Origin: a plasmid
Sequence record: NZ_CP020440.2
DNA length: 64,000 nt
Strand: one strand, 5' to 3'
Shown here: positions 42,795 to 52,021 of the stretch, piece by piece
Layout of the letters: every line of letters starts with the position of its first letter
Position numbering within the stretch: the first letter of the stretch is position 1
The notes under the pieces: model-generated
Database searches by the model: none
Seen by the model: the letters and a program-made list of their open reading frames with translations, nothing else
Told to the model about the DNA's origin: nothing
Made by a program: the position numbers and the translations under genes

Positions 42795-43649
42795 TCACGA
42801 AACAAGGCACACCGGCACATTGTCGATCAGCCGCACCCCGTCCAGCCAGACCGCGACCAGCAGCCGCGCCTCGTGCCCCGGGCGGGGCTCGGCCAGGCTC
42901 AGGGCGTCGCGCAGCTCCAGATAATCCAGCGGTCCCAGCCCGGCGTCGCGCAGCGTGGCGCGCGCGTCCTCCAGCACCGGCTCGGGCGCGGCCCCGCCCT
43001 CGATGGCGCGGGCGGCCGCCGTCAGCGCCTGCGGGATCGCCGCCGCGCGGCGCCGCGCATCGGGCGACAGCCGCTGGTTGCGCGACGACAGCGCCACCCC
43101 GTCCTCGGCCCGGACCGAGGGGCAGGCGACGATGCGGACGGGCATGCGCAGGTCGGCAACCATCTGCCGCACGACCTGCAGCTGCTGCCAGTCCTTTTCC
43201 CCGAAATAGGCCCGGTCCGCCCGCGTCAAGTTCAAAAGCAGCGCCACCACCGTCGCCACCCCGTCGAAATGCCCCGGCCGGTGCGCGCCCTCCAGCAGCG
43301 TGTCGATGCCCCCGACCGAGACCACCGTGGCGTGGCCCGGCGGATAGACCTCGGCCGCGTCCGGCACGAACAGCGCATCGACCGCCAAGGGTGCCAGGAT
43401 CGCGGCATCGGCGTCTTCGGTACGGGGGTATTTCGCGAAATCCTCGGGGTTGTTGAACTGGCGCGGGTTCACGAACAGCGTCACGATCACCCGGTCGCAT
43501 TCGCCTTGCGCCGCGCGCACCAGGCTCAGGTGGCCCTCGTGCAGCGCGCCCATGGTCGGGACCACGCCGATGGTCGCACCCTCGGCCCGCCAGTCGCCGA
43601 TCAGCGCGGCCAGTTCGCCCGCGCCGCGGATGATGGGCACGCCGCTCAT
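42795..43649 (-). CDS. panC: Pantoate--beta-alanine ligase
   Basis: [16 protein letters not shown] carries the HxGH motif. It is 284 aa. Confidence 0.9.
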   Translation of the reverse strand: MSGVPIIRGAGELAALIGDWRAEGATIGVVPTMGALHEGHLSLVRAAQGECDRVIVTLFVNPRQFNNPEDFAKYPRTEDADAAILAPLAVDALFVPDAAEVYPPGHATVVSVGGIDTLLEGAHRPGHFDGVATVVALLLNLTRADRAYFGEKDWQQLQVVRQMVADLRMPVRIVACPSVRAEDGVALSSRNQRLSPDARRRAAAIPQALTAAARAIEGGAAPEPVLEDARATLRDAGLGPLDYLELRDALSLAEPRPGHEARLLVAVWLDGVRLIDNVPVCLVS

Positions 43650-44476
43650 GCGGGCTTGCCCTGGTCGGCAAAGCCGTGCTCGGGCGCCGGAAAGCGGCGG
43701 GCGCGCACGTCCTCGGCATAGGACGCGATGGCCGCCTCGGCCGCGCGGCCCAGATCCGCATAGCGGCGCACGAACTTGGGCTGGAAATCGGCGAACAGCC
43801 CCAGGATGTCGTCCACGACCAGGACCTGCCCGTCGCAGCCCGCGCCGGCGCCGATGCCGATGGTCGGGGCCGCGATCCCCTCGGTGATGCGCGCCCCCAG
43901 GGACTCGGGCAGCTTCTCCAGCACCACCGCAAAGGCCCCGGCCTCGGACAGGGCCTGCGCATCGGCCGCGACGCGCGCGCCGTCCTCGCCCCGGCCCTGC
44001 ACCTTGTAGCCGCCAAGCGCGTTCACCGATTGCGGCGTCAGCCCGACATGGCCCATCACCGGAATGCCGCGTTCGACCAGGAAGCGCACCGTTCCGGCCA
44101 TGTGCTGCCCGCCCTCAAGCTTGACCGCCTGACAGCCCGTCTCGGCCACCAGCCGCGCGGCATTGCGCATGGCCTGTTCGGGGCTCTCCTCGTAGCTGCC
44201 GAAGGGCATGTCCACCACCAGGCAGGCGCGCTCGATGCCGCGCGCCACCGCCCGGCCGTGCAGGATCATCATCTCCATCGTCACCCCCAGGGTCGAGGGC
44301 AGCCCGTGCAGCACCATGCCCAGGCTGTCGCCCACCAGCACCAGGTCGCAGGCGCGGTCCATCAGCCGCGCCATCGGCGTGGTATAGGCGGTCAGGCAGG
44401 CGATCGGCGCGCCCCCCTTGCGCGCGCGGATGTCGCCGGGCGTCAGCCGGGTCCGGCGTTCTGGCGTGGCGCTCAT
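43646..44476 (-). CDS. panB: 3-methyl-2-oxobutanoate hydroxymethyltransferase
   Basis: [31 protein letters not shown]... Its stop overlaps the panC start. Confidence 0.9.
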   Translation of the reverse strand: MSATPERRTRLTPGDIRARKGGAPIACLTAYTTPMARLMDRACDLVLVGDSLGMVLHGLPSTLGVTMEMMILHGRAVARGIERACLVVDMPFGSYEESPEQAMRNAARLVAETGCQAVKLEGGQHMAGTVRFLVERGIPVMGHVGLTPQSVNALGGYKVQGRGEDGARVAADAQALSEAGAFAVVLEKLPESLGARITEGIAAPTIGIGAGAGCDGQVLVVDDILGLFADFQPKFVRRYADLGRAAEAAIASYAEDVRARRFPAPEHGFADQGKPA

Positions 44477-44631
44477 CTCATGGTCCCCCTTGCGTTTCCA
44501 GTCGGTTCGGGCGACTGAATGGCCGATTCCCGCGCCGATGTCGCGTGAAAAGATGCGCGGCGCGGCCCGGAACGCCCACGGCGGCGGGCCCCCCTGCCCC
44601 GCTTTCAGGACCCAGTAACCCTTGGTGAACC

Positions 44632-46164
44632 ATGCCCGAGTTCCAGTTCCAGCCCGACCGCAACTGCTGGCGGGTCGAACGCGCCAGCTGCTTTTCCTTC
44701 ATCATCGACGGGCAGGCCTATTTCCGCGCCCTGCGCGAATCCCTGCTGAAGGCGCAGCGGCTGATCATCATGGTCGGCTGGGACCTCGATTTCGAAATCG
44801 AGATGCTGCCCGGCGAAAGCGACGATCAGGGCATGGCCCCGGACGGGTTGCCGAACCAGGTCGGCCCCTTCATCGACGCGCTGGCCGACCGCCGCCCCGA
44901 CCTCGACATCTACCTGCTGAAATGGAGCGGCGGCGCCCTGATCGCGCCGGGACGGGTGCTGCCCGCCGCGCGCATCAAGCTGCTTTCGCCCGACCAGGTG
45001 CACCTGGCCTTCGACGGGCGCCACCCGATCGGCGCCTGCCATCACCAGAAGATCGCGGTGATCGACGATTCGCTGGCGTTCTGCGGCGGCATCGACATGA
45101 CCGACGGGCGCTGGGACCGGCCCGAGCACGCGCCGGAAGACGATCTGCGCCGGCTCAAGAACGGCGACGTGGCCCAGCCCTGGCACGACGCCTCGGCGGT
45201 GGTGTCGGGGCCAGTGGCGGCGGCGCTGTCGGAACTGGCCCGCGACCGCTGGGCCCGCGCCAACGACGCCGAGATGGACGAGGCGTTCCGCCCCGGGGGC
45301 GACCTCTGGCCCGACAGCATCGCCCCCCTGCTGCGCGACGTCGAGATCGCCATCGCCCGGACCGAGCCGCCCGGCCCCGACAGCCCCACCGTGCCCGAGA
45401 TCGAGAACCTCTATCTGGACAGCATCCGCGCGGCGCGGGATTACATCTACCTGGAATCGCAATATTTCTGCGCCGACAGCATCACCGCGGCGATCCGTGA
45501 GCGGCTGGCCGACCCGGACGGGCCCGAGGTCGTCGTCATCAACCCCATGGCCGCGCAGTCGGTGGTCGAGGACGCCGCCATGCACGTCAGCCGCTCGCGC
45601 ATGGTGCGCGAGCTGCGCGCGCATGATCCGCATGGCCGCTTCCGCATCTTCTATCCCGTCAACGCGGCGGGCGAGCCGATCTATGTCCATGCCAAGATCA
45701 GCATCATCGACGATTGCCTGCTGCGGGTCGGCTCCTCGAACATCGACCGCCGCTCGATGGCCTTCGACACCGAATGCGACGTGGCGCTGGCGGGCCGCGA
45801 CCCGGAGGGCCGCCGCGTCATCGGAGAGTTGCGCGACCGGCTGCTGGCCGAGCATCTGGACCGCGACCCGGCCACCGTGGCGCGCGCCTTGCGCGACAAG
45901 GGCGGGCTGATCCCGGCCATCGAGGCGCTGAACCGCGATTCGGGCCGGGGCCTGCGCGACCTGCCGCTGCGCAAGGAAACGCTTCTTGGTAGCCTGCTGG
46001 CCGACACCCGCTTCTTCGATCCGCGCTATCGCCGCTCGGCGCAGGCGCGGCTGGGGCTGACCTCGCGCCACCTGATGCTGGGGGCCGGGCTGGCGCTTGG
46101 CGGCGCGCTGCTCTGGCGCCACCTGCGCCAGCAACACAGGGCGCAGCAGCCACCACGGGAATGA
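44632..46164 (+). CDS. Phospholipase D-family protein with two HKD motifs
   Basis: The HKD motifs are [10 protein letters not shown] and HAKISIIDD...GSSNIDRRS. It is 510 aa and has no signal peptide. Confidence 0.8.
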   Translation: MPEFQFQPDRNCWRVERASCFSFIIDGQAYFRALRESLLKAQRLIIMVGWDLDFEIEMLPGESDDQGMAPDGLPNQVGPFIDALADRRPDLDIYLLKWSGGALIAPGRVLPAARIKLLSPDQVHLAFDGRHPIGACHHQKIAVIDDSLAFCGGIDMTDGRWDRPEHAPEDDLRRLKNGDVAQPWHDASAVVSGPVAAALSELARDRWARANDAEMDEAFRPGGDLWPDSIAPLLRDVEIAIARTEPPGPDSPTVPEIENLYLDSIRAARDYIYLESQYFCADSITAAIRERLADPDGPEVVVINPMAAQSVVEDAAMHVSRSRMVRELRAHDPHGRFRIFYPVNAAGEPIYVHAKISIIDDCLLRVGSSNIDRRSMAFDTECDVALAGRDPEGRRVIGELRDRLLAEHLDRDPATVARALRDKGGLIPAIEALNRDSGRGLRDLPLRKETLLGSLLADTRFFDPRYRRSAQARLGLTSRHLMLGAGLALGGALLWRHLRQQHRAQQPPRE

Positions 46165-46247
46165 CAGAACCCGCACCCTTATCCCCGATTCGCCCCTTTC
46201 GGACAGGATCGCGGATGGGTGCCAAGATTTCCTGGACGCACAGCCTT

Positions 46248-46925
46248 TCAGGGCGCGATGACCCGCACGCGCTGCACCGTGCCGTCACTGCGCCGCACGG
46301 CCGTCGCCAACCGCTCGGCCAGATGGGTCTGGACGTAGGACGCGTGAAACCGCGACGGCGCCAGCAGGGTCAGGCAGCCGTCCTCGACCGCCGCCTCGGA
46401 CAGGGCGGCGAACCAGCTTTCGAACAGGGTGCGGTCTTCCTCGGCCAGCCGGGCGCAGGCCTGCGCCCACAGCCCCTCGCCCCGGGGCAGGACGGGCCGG
46501 GCCGGCCGCAGCGGCACGACATTGTCCGCGCCGGCCCCCTGCCCCGCCAGCCGGGCCACGAAATCGGGCCCGATGTTCTCCCACTCGGGCCGCGTGTCCA
46601 GCATGATCCGCTCCAGCTCCAGCCCCAGGACCGACACCCGCCCCCGGGCCCCCGGCTGGCGCACGGCGATCCAGCCCATCGCCCGCAGCCGCGCCATCTC
46701 GCGCTTGACGGTGCGCTCGTCCACGCTCCACAGCCGCGCGATCTCGCGCTGGCCCACGGTCAACTCGTCCCGCTGCCAGTTGTAGCGGCTGGTGATCAGC
46801 GCCATCAGCCGCAGGACCAGCCGCTGGCGATGCTTGTCGCCGGCCAGGGCATGGGCCATCATGGCTGACAGGATATCGTATTTCTTGGCCGCGGCCTCAC
46901 GCCCGACGGCTCGTATCACCTGCAT
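46248..46925 (-). CDS. Candidate replication initiator: N-terminal HTH plus C-terminal DnaA N-terminal-like domain
   Basis: The HTH is LTVGQREIARLWSVDERTVKREMARLRAMGW. The C-terminal LWAQACARLAEEDRTLFESWFAALSEAAVEDGCLTLLAPSRFHASYVQTHL parallels DnaA domain I (LWQQCLARLQ...LALYAPNRFVLDWV). It is divergent from repA across a repeat-rich intergenic region. Confidence 0.55.
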   Translation of the reverse strand: MQVIRAVGREAAAKKYDILSAMMAHALAGDKHRQRLVLRLMALITSRYNWQRDELTVGQREIARLWSVDERTVKREMARLRAMGWIAVRQPGARGRVSVLGLELERIMLDTRPEWENIGPDFVARLAGQGAGADNVVPLRPARPVLPRGEGLWAQACARLAEEDRTLFESWFAALSEAAVEDGCLTLLAPSRFHASYVQTHLAERLATAVRRSDGTVQRVRVIAP

Positions 46926-47405
46926 CTCGCTCCTGCCCCCGGGGACCGCCCGGCTGCTTCATGACCCGGGTGCTGACCCCGGTACTGCCCTGGGAGGCCC
47001 GCGCCGGTCTTTGCCGCCAACGCTTTTCGTCATCCCTGCCCCATTTGCGTCCTGTTTGACGATTCTGTCAAGCGGCCCCGGGCCGTGGCACCGAAAACCC
47101 TGGATGACTCCCCCAAACCTGATTGCAAAATCGGTATTAATGGTATTGGGGGACAGGCAGGATGACACCCTATTCCGCCGCTTTGTCCCCCATTCCGCTG
47201 CGCGGGCGCCATTTTGCGTCCCCCAGTTCCGGCTCCGCCTCGACGGCTGGCCAGGCAACGCGCGTTGCCGGCGATTCGCGGGCCAGGCCGCGTTTTCAGG
47301 GCCTTGGGGAGAATTCCTGCTCTGATGAAAAATGGTTTTTGCCAGAAAGGCAAATCCGGCGTAAAAGCGGGACAGAAGAAAATTAACGTTCCATGAGACA
47401 GGCAG
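46926..47405. other. Candidate replication origin and divergent-promoter region (lower GC, short direct and inverted repeats)
   Basis: The direct repeats are CCATTTGCGTCC (47041-47052) and CCATTTTGCGTCC (47209-47221), ATTCCGC twice (about 47172 and 47192), and GGTATT twice within GGTATTAATGGTATTGG. An inverted repeat TTTGCCAGAAAGGCAAA lies about 60 nt upstream of repA. Confidence 0.35.
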
Positions 47406-48710
47406 ATGTACACGCACGAAGACCTCGCCCGGCTGCAGGCCCAGTCCCTCAAGATGCAGGGCTGGATCCGGCGCCAGACCTTCAGCCCGGCCAATGAAAA
47501 GACCCTGCGCCGCTTCTCCTCCTGGGAGGTGGCCGAGCTGATCTTCCGGATGAACCAGTCGACCTTCCGCGGCAAGCTCGCCGCCGACCCGAACCTTCCC
47601 CTCGGGGAAGTCGAGGAGGACGGCCGCCAGCGCTGGTTCTCGCTCGACGAGGTGAACGAGCTGCGCCGCCGCATCAAGGTCAACCGCAAAAGCCTGATGC
47701 CGCCCCGCCCCGAGGGCAAGCGCGCCTTCCGCGCCGCCATCGCGAACTTCAAGGGCGGTGCCGGCAAGTCGACCGTGGCGCTGCACTTCGCCCATGCCGC
47801 GGCGCTCGATGGCTACCGCGTCCTCCTGGTGGACTTCGACCCCCAGGCGACGCTGTCGCACAGCATGGGCCTGACCGACGTGGGCGAGGATCATACCGTC
47901 TGGGGCATCATGGCCCGCGACCTCGAACGCGAAACCGACCGCATGAACGCCGTCGCCCGCGGCGCCGAATCGGGCACCGCCCTGCCCCAGCGCAAGCTGC
48001 CCGCCTCGATCCGCGACATGGGTCTCGGCACGCTGCGGCCTGCGGACTTCATCAAGCCCACCGCCTGGCCCACCATCGACATCATCCCCAGCTGCGCCAA
48101 CGCCGCCTTCGTCGAGTTCGCCAGCGCCCAGTACCGCCACCTGAACCCGGAATGGACCTTCTTCGGCGCGGTCTCGCGCTTCCTCGACAGCCTCGCGGAC
48201 GATGCCTACGACCTGATCCTCTTCGACTGCCCGCCGGCCATCGGCTACCAGTCGATGAACGCGGTCTTTGCGGCCGACATGCTCTATATCCCCTCGGGTC
48301 CCGGCTACTGGGAATACGACTCGACCACCAGCTTCATCGGCCAGCTCTCCGAGGCGCTCGAGGATCTCTCGCACGGGTTCGAGAACTTCCCCACGGGGAA
48401 GATCCGCCTGCCCAAGGCCTTCGCCGATGTCCGCTTCCTGATGACGCGGTTCGAGCCCTCGAACGAATTGCACCAGGCCATGCTCGGCGCCTTCCGCCAG
48501 GTCTTCGGCGATCGCATGGCCGAGCACCCGATCGAGCTGACCCGCGCCGTCGAGCAATCCGGCCGCTTCCTCAGCTCCATCTACGAGATCGACTACCGCG
48601 AGATGACCCGCGGCACGTGGCGACGCGCCCGCGCGACCTTCGATCAGGCCTATGAGGAGTTCAAGTCCCACGCCATCGCAGCCTGGGCCAAGCTGGAGGA
48701 TCAGGCATGA
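47406..48710 (+). CDS. repA: Partition ATPase ParA/RepA with about 110-aa N-terminal HTH extension
   Basis: The deviant Walker A is NFKGGAGKSTVALH, followed by VLLVDFDPQATL, in a 434-aa protein. The N-terminal extension is typical of repABC-type RepA. Confidence 0.85.
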   Translation: MYTHEDLARLQAQSLKMQGWIRRQTFSPANEKTLRRFSSWEVAELIFRMNQSTFRGKLAADPNLPLGEVEEDGRQRWFSLDEVNELRRRIKVNRKSLMPPRPEGKRAFRAAIANFKGGAGKSTVALHFAHAAALDGYRVLLVDFDPQATLSHSMGLTDVGEDHTVWGIMARDLERETDRMNAVARGAESGTALPQRKLPASIRDMGLGTLRPADFIKPTAWPTIDIIPSCANAAFVEFASAQYRHLNPEWTFFGAVSRFLDSLADDAYDLILFDCPPAIGYQSMNAVFAADMLYIPSGPGYWEYDSTTSFIGQLSEALEDLSHGFENFPTGKIRLPKAFADVRFLMTRFEPSNELHQAMLGAFRQVFGDRMAEHPIELTRAVEQSGRFLSSIYEIDYREMTRGTWRRARATFDQAYEEFKSHAIAAWAKLEDQA

Positions 48711-49816
48711 GCCGCAAGCGCCGCATGTTCGACATCGAGATGCCCGACGAGCCCGCCCCCGACGTCCCCGCGGGGAAGGTCGAGCCCGCCCCCGAGGCCG
48801 AGCCGCCGCGTCGCGGTCCCATGGCCACCGCGATCAGCGAAACCGCCGAATCCAGTCGCGAGCGCGCCCGGCTTGAAGCCGATATCCGGGCTGAGAACGA
48901 CGCGCTGGCCGCCGAGCATGTCCGGCTGAAGCGGGCAGGGCTCATCACCGACCTGATCCCGGTCGACGTCATCGACACCCAGAAGCTGATCCGCGACCGC
49001 GCGCCCGGTCCCGATTTCGAACTGGCCGAGCTGGTCGCCTCGATCCGCGAGATCGGCCTTTCGAACCCGATCCGCGTCGAGCCCGCCGGGAACGGCCGCT
49101 ACGAACTGATCCAGGGCTGGCGCCGCTTGTCGGCCTATCGCCAGCTGCTCGAGGAGACCGGCGATGCCGAGACCTGGGGCCGGATCCCGGCCGGCATCGC
49201 GGCGCGCGGCGACGAACTGGAACGCCTCTACCGCCGCATGGTGGACGAGAACCTGGTGCGCAAGGACATCTCCTTCGCCGAGATGGCCCAGCTCGCCCTG
49301 CATTACGCCATGGACCCGCTGACGCCCGAGAACGACCCCGAGAAGGCCGTGGCGATCCTGTTCAAGTCCGCCGGCTATCAGAAGCGCAGCTACATCCGCA
49401 GCTTCATCCGCGTGGTCGAGGCGCTGGACGGCGTGCTCCTCTACATGGCCGAGATCCCGCGCGCCCTGGGCCTGGCGCTGGCGGCGCGCCTGGACGAGGT
49501 GCCGGGCCTGGTCGGCGCCATCCGGGCCGAGCTCAAGGACTGGGACACCCGCAGCATCAAGGACGAACTTGATCTGCTCCGCCGCTTCGCAGGGCAGGGC
49601 GAGGACGCGGTCACCGCGCCCGCTCCCAAGGCCAAGTCCCCGACCATCCCCGCGGGGAAGGCGCGCACCACCTTCCAGATCGCGCGCCCCCAGGGCAGTG
49701 CCAAATGCACCGCCGCCAACGGCCGGCTCGAGATCCGGCTGCCGCGCGACTTCTCGGCCATCGACCGCCGCAAGCTTGAGGCCGCCGTCCGCTCCATGCT
49801 GGAAAGCCTCGAGTGA
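48707..49816 (+). CDS. repB: Partition protein ParB/RepB
   Basis: The ParB box is IRVEPAGNGRYELIQGWRRLSAY. Its ATG overlaps the repA stop. Confidence 0.8.
   Translation: MSRKRRMFDIEMPDEPAPDVPAGKVEPAPEAEPPRRGPMATAISETAESSRERARLEADIRAENDALAAEHVRLKRAGLITDLIPVDVIDTQKLIRDRAPGPDFELAELVASIREIGLSNPIRVEPAGNGRYELIQGWRRLSAYRQLLEETGDAETWGRIPAGIAARGDELERLYRRMVDENLVRKDISFAEMAQLALHYAMDPLTPENDPEKAVAILFKSAGYQKRSYIRSFIRVVEALDGVLLYMAEIPRALGLALAARLDEVPGLVGAIRAELKDWDTRSIKDELDLLRRFAGQGEDAVTAPAPKAKSPTIPAGKARTTFQIARPQGSAKCTAANGRLEIRLPRDFSAIDRRKLEAAVRSMLESLE
48765..48778. repeat. 14-bp palindrome TCCCCGCGGGGAAG, copy 1 (inside the 5' end of repB)
   Basis: Direct read: gacgTCCCCGCGGGGAAGgtcg. Confidence 0.4.
49647..49660. 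repeat. 14-bp palindrome TCCCCGCGGGGAAG, copy 2 (inside the 3' end of repB)
   Basis: Direct read: ccaTCCCCGCGGGGAAGgcg. Confidence 0.4.
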
Positions 49817-49818
49817 CC

Positions 49819-49832
49819 TTCCCCGCGGGGAA
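49819..49832. repeat. Palindrome copy 3, extended to a perfect 16-mer CTTCCCCGCGGGGAAG, 2 nt after the repB stop
   Basis: Direct read: tgacCTTCCCCGCGGGGAAGccg. Confidence 0.4.
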
Positions 49833-49867
49833 GCCGCCCCCAGTGCTTCTTTCTTGCCCAAATATCC

Positions 49868-49886
49868 CGCAGGGGCTCCGGGGGAC
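49868..49886 (+). terminator. Perfect hairpin GGGGGAC-gcgaa-GTCCCCC downstream of repB, no U-tract
   Basis: Direct read. It is a possible repAB terminator. Confidence 0.3.
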
Positions 49887-50021
49887 GCGAAGTCCCCCGT
49901 GCGGCCGCGCCAAAGGTGGAATGTTCCTGTTATGTTCCGTTCGTCCGCGCTTTGCCTTCACCGGGCGGACGTGCTAGCCCGGCCTGAAAACCGGGCGACG
50001 CCGGGGCAGGGACAACGGGCG

Positions 50022-50930
50022 ATGGCAGGCAGGATCAGCGGGGCGATAGACCTGGGCGGCACCAAGATCGAGGCGCGGCTTTTCGACGCGGGCTTCGCCA
50101 CGCTCGACCGCCGTCGCCTGCCGACGCCCACCCAGGATTTCGGCGCCCTGATCGAGGCCGTCGCCGCCCAGGTCGCCTGGCTGGAGGGGCTGGGGGGCGC
50201 GGCGCTGCCCATCGGCATCTCGATCGCCGGGGTGATCGACCCCGACACCGGCCGCGCCACCGCCGCGAACCTGCCGGTCTCCGGGCGCGACCTTGGCCAT
50301 GCCTTGCGCGGGCGGCTGGGCCGCGATCTGCCCTTGATGAACGACTGCACAGCTTTTGCCTGGTCCGAGGCCCATGGCGGCGCGGGGCAGGGGGCGCGTT
50401 CGGTCCTGGGGCTGGTGCTGGGCACCGGGGTCGGGGCCGGCATGGTGCTGGACGGCCGGCCCATGCACCGCGCCTCGGGCCTTGCCGTCGAGATCGGACA
50501 TATGGGCGTGCCGGCCCGGGCGCTGGCGCGGCATGGGTTGCCACTGTGGGATTGCGGCTGCGGCCAGGCCGGATGCTATGAGAATTATGTCTCGGGACCC
50601 GGGCTGGCCCGCATCGCGGCCTGGGCCGGGATCGCGCAGACCGACCCCGCAGCGCTGGCCGGCGATCCGGCGGCCGCGCCGGCGCTGGCGATCTGGACCG
50701 ATCTGGCGGCCGAGATGCTGTACGACGCGCAGCTGATGCTGGACCCGCAGGTGATCGTCCTGGGTGGCGGGTTGTCGAACATGGCGGGCATTGCCGACCG
50801 TCTGGCCCAGGCGCTGGACGGGCGCCGGCTGGGCGGCGTGCGGGCGCCCGACCTGAGGCTGGCGCAGCATGGCGACAGTTCCGGCGCGCGCGGCGCGGCG
50901 CTGATGGCCTGCGGGGTGGGCCCGTGCTGA
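50022..50930 (+). CDS. ROK-family sugar kinase (N-acetylglucosamine kinase-like, no N-terminal HTH)
   Basis: This is the internal Met of ORF 49569..50930, MAGRISGAIDLGGTKIEARLFD..., with the ROK CxCGxxGCxE-type zinc motif DCGCGQAGCYENYVSG. Confidence 0.75.
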   Translation: MAGRISGAIDLGGTKIEARLFDAGFATLDRRRLPTPTQDFGALIEAVAAQVAWLEGLGGAALPIGISIAGVIDPDTGRATAANLPVSGRDLGHALRGRLGRDLPLMNDCTAFAWSEAHGGAGQGARSVLGLVLGTGVGAGMVLDGRPMHRASGLAVEIGHMGVPARALARHGLPLWDCGCGQAGCYENYVSGPGLARIAAWAGIAQTDPAALAGDPAAAPALAIWTDLAAEMLYDAQLMLDPQVIVLGGGLSNMAGIADRLAQALDGRRLGGVRAPDLRLAQHGDSSGARGAALMACGVGPC

Positions 50931-52021
50931 TCGCGGCCGACCGGATCTGGCAGGAGGGCGCGCTGGTCCCGGGCCTGGCCGTGGAGACCGACGGCCGCCG
51001 CGTCCTGGCCCTGCGTCCGCTGGGCGCCGACCGGCCCGACCATCATGTGCCGCTGCTGGTGCCGGGCTGCACCGACCTGCAGGTGAACGGCGGCGGCGGT
51101 GTCCTGTTCAACGCCGACCCGACGCCCGAAGGGATCGCCGCCATTGCCGCCGCCCATCATCGGCTGGGGGTGGCGCAGATCCTGCCCACGGTCATCACCG
51201 ACGCGCCCGAGGTGCTGGAGGCCGCCGCCGATGCGGTGATCGCCTGCCGGGACGCGCCGGGCATCGCCGGCATCCATATCGAGGGGCCCCATATCGCCCC
51301 CGAGCGGCGCGGCACGCATGAGGCGCGCTTCATCCGCCCGCTGGATGCCCGCACGCTGGCCGTGCTGCGCCGGCTGCGCGCCGCCGGCGTGCCGGTGCTG
51401 CTGACGCTTGCGCCCGAGACCGCCGATCCGACCCTGCTGGCCGAGGCGAAGGCCCTGGGCGTGGTGCTCTCGGCCGGGCACAGCATGGCCGACGCCGCCC
51501 AGGCGCGCGCCGCGCTGGCGCAAGGCGTCACCATGGCCACCCATCTGTTCAACGCCATGCCGCAGATGACCGCCCGCGCGCCGGGGCTGATCGCCGCCGC
51601 GCTGCTGTCGGGCCTGTGGTGCGGGCTGATCGCGGACGGCATCCATGTCTCGGCCGAGATGCTGGCGATCGCGCTGCGGGTCGCGGGGGATCGCTGCTTT
51701 CTGGTCTCGGACGCGATGCCGACGGTCGGGGGGCCGGACCGCTTCAGCCTGTACGGGCGCGAGATCGCGGTCCGCGACGGCAGGCTGGTCAATGCCGAGG
51801 GCGCGCTGGCCGGCGCCCATCTGGACCTGCCGCAGGCCATGCGGCGCCTGGTCGCGCTGACCGGGGCCAGCCCTGGGACCGCCATCGCCATGGCGACCGA
51901 CCGGCCGCGCCGCGCGATGGGGCTGGCGCCGCTTGCTGTCGCGCCGGGGACCGCGCTGCGCGACCTGCTGGCGCTGGACCACGACTTGCACATGGTGCCG
52001 CTGCCGGGACGGGACGCATGA
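50924..52021 (+). CDS. nagA: N-acetylglucosamine-6-phosphate deacetylase
   Basis: The GTG start overlaps the nagK stop. The protein contains [16 protein letters not shown] and the amidohydrolase metal ligands, and is 365 aa. Confidence 0.85.
   Translation: MLIAADRIWQEGALVPGLAVETDGRRVLALRPLGADRPDHHVPLLVPGCTDLQVNGGGGVLFNADPTPEGIAAIAAAHHRLGVAQILPTVITDAPEVLEAAADAVIACRDAPGIAGIHIEGPHIAPERRGTHEARFIRPLDARTLAVLRRLRAAGVPVLLTLAPETADPTLLAEAKALGVVLSAGHSMADAAQARAALAQGVTMATHLFNAMPQMTARAPGLIAAALLSGLWCGLIADGIHVSAEMLAIALRVAGDRCFLVSDAMPTVGGPDRFSLYGREIAVRDGRLVNAEGALAGAHLDLPQAMRRLVALTGASPGTAIAMATDRPRRAMGLAPLAVAPGTALRDLLALDHDLHMVPLPGRDA

Noticed and set aside
44632-46164. PLD-family protein as a defence-system nuclease
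   Set aside because: It is a single gene without partner helicase, methylase or other defence genes, and a two-HKD architecture of this size is equally compatible with cardiolipin or phosphatidyl-transferase enzymes. It is kept only as a low-confidence finding.
47406-49816. ParA/ParB pair as part of a defence or conjugation system instead of partition
   Set aside because: The N-terminally extended ParA, the ParB box, the flanking initiator candidate and the in-gene palindromes fit a repAB-type partition cassette. No relaxase, T4SS or defence genes were found nearby.
49817-50021. Missing repC after repB
   Set aside because: A gene was searched for downstream of repB, but the next ORF is a ROK sugar kinase. 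The initiator role is more plausibly filled by the divergent DnaA-like HTH protein at 46248..46925, so this is not a degenerate repABC.
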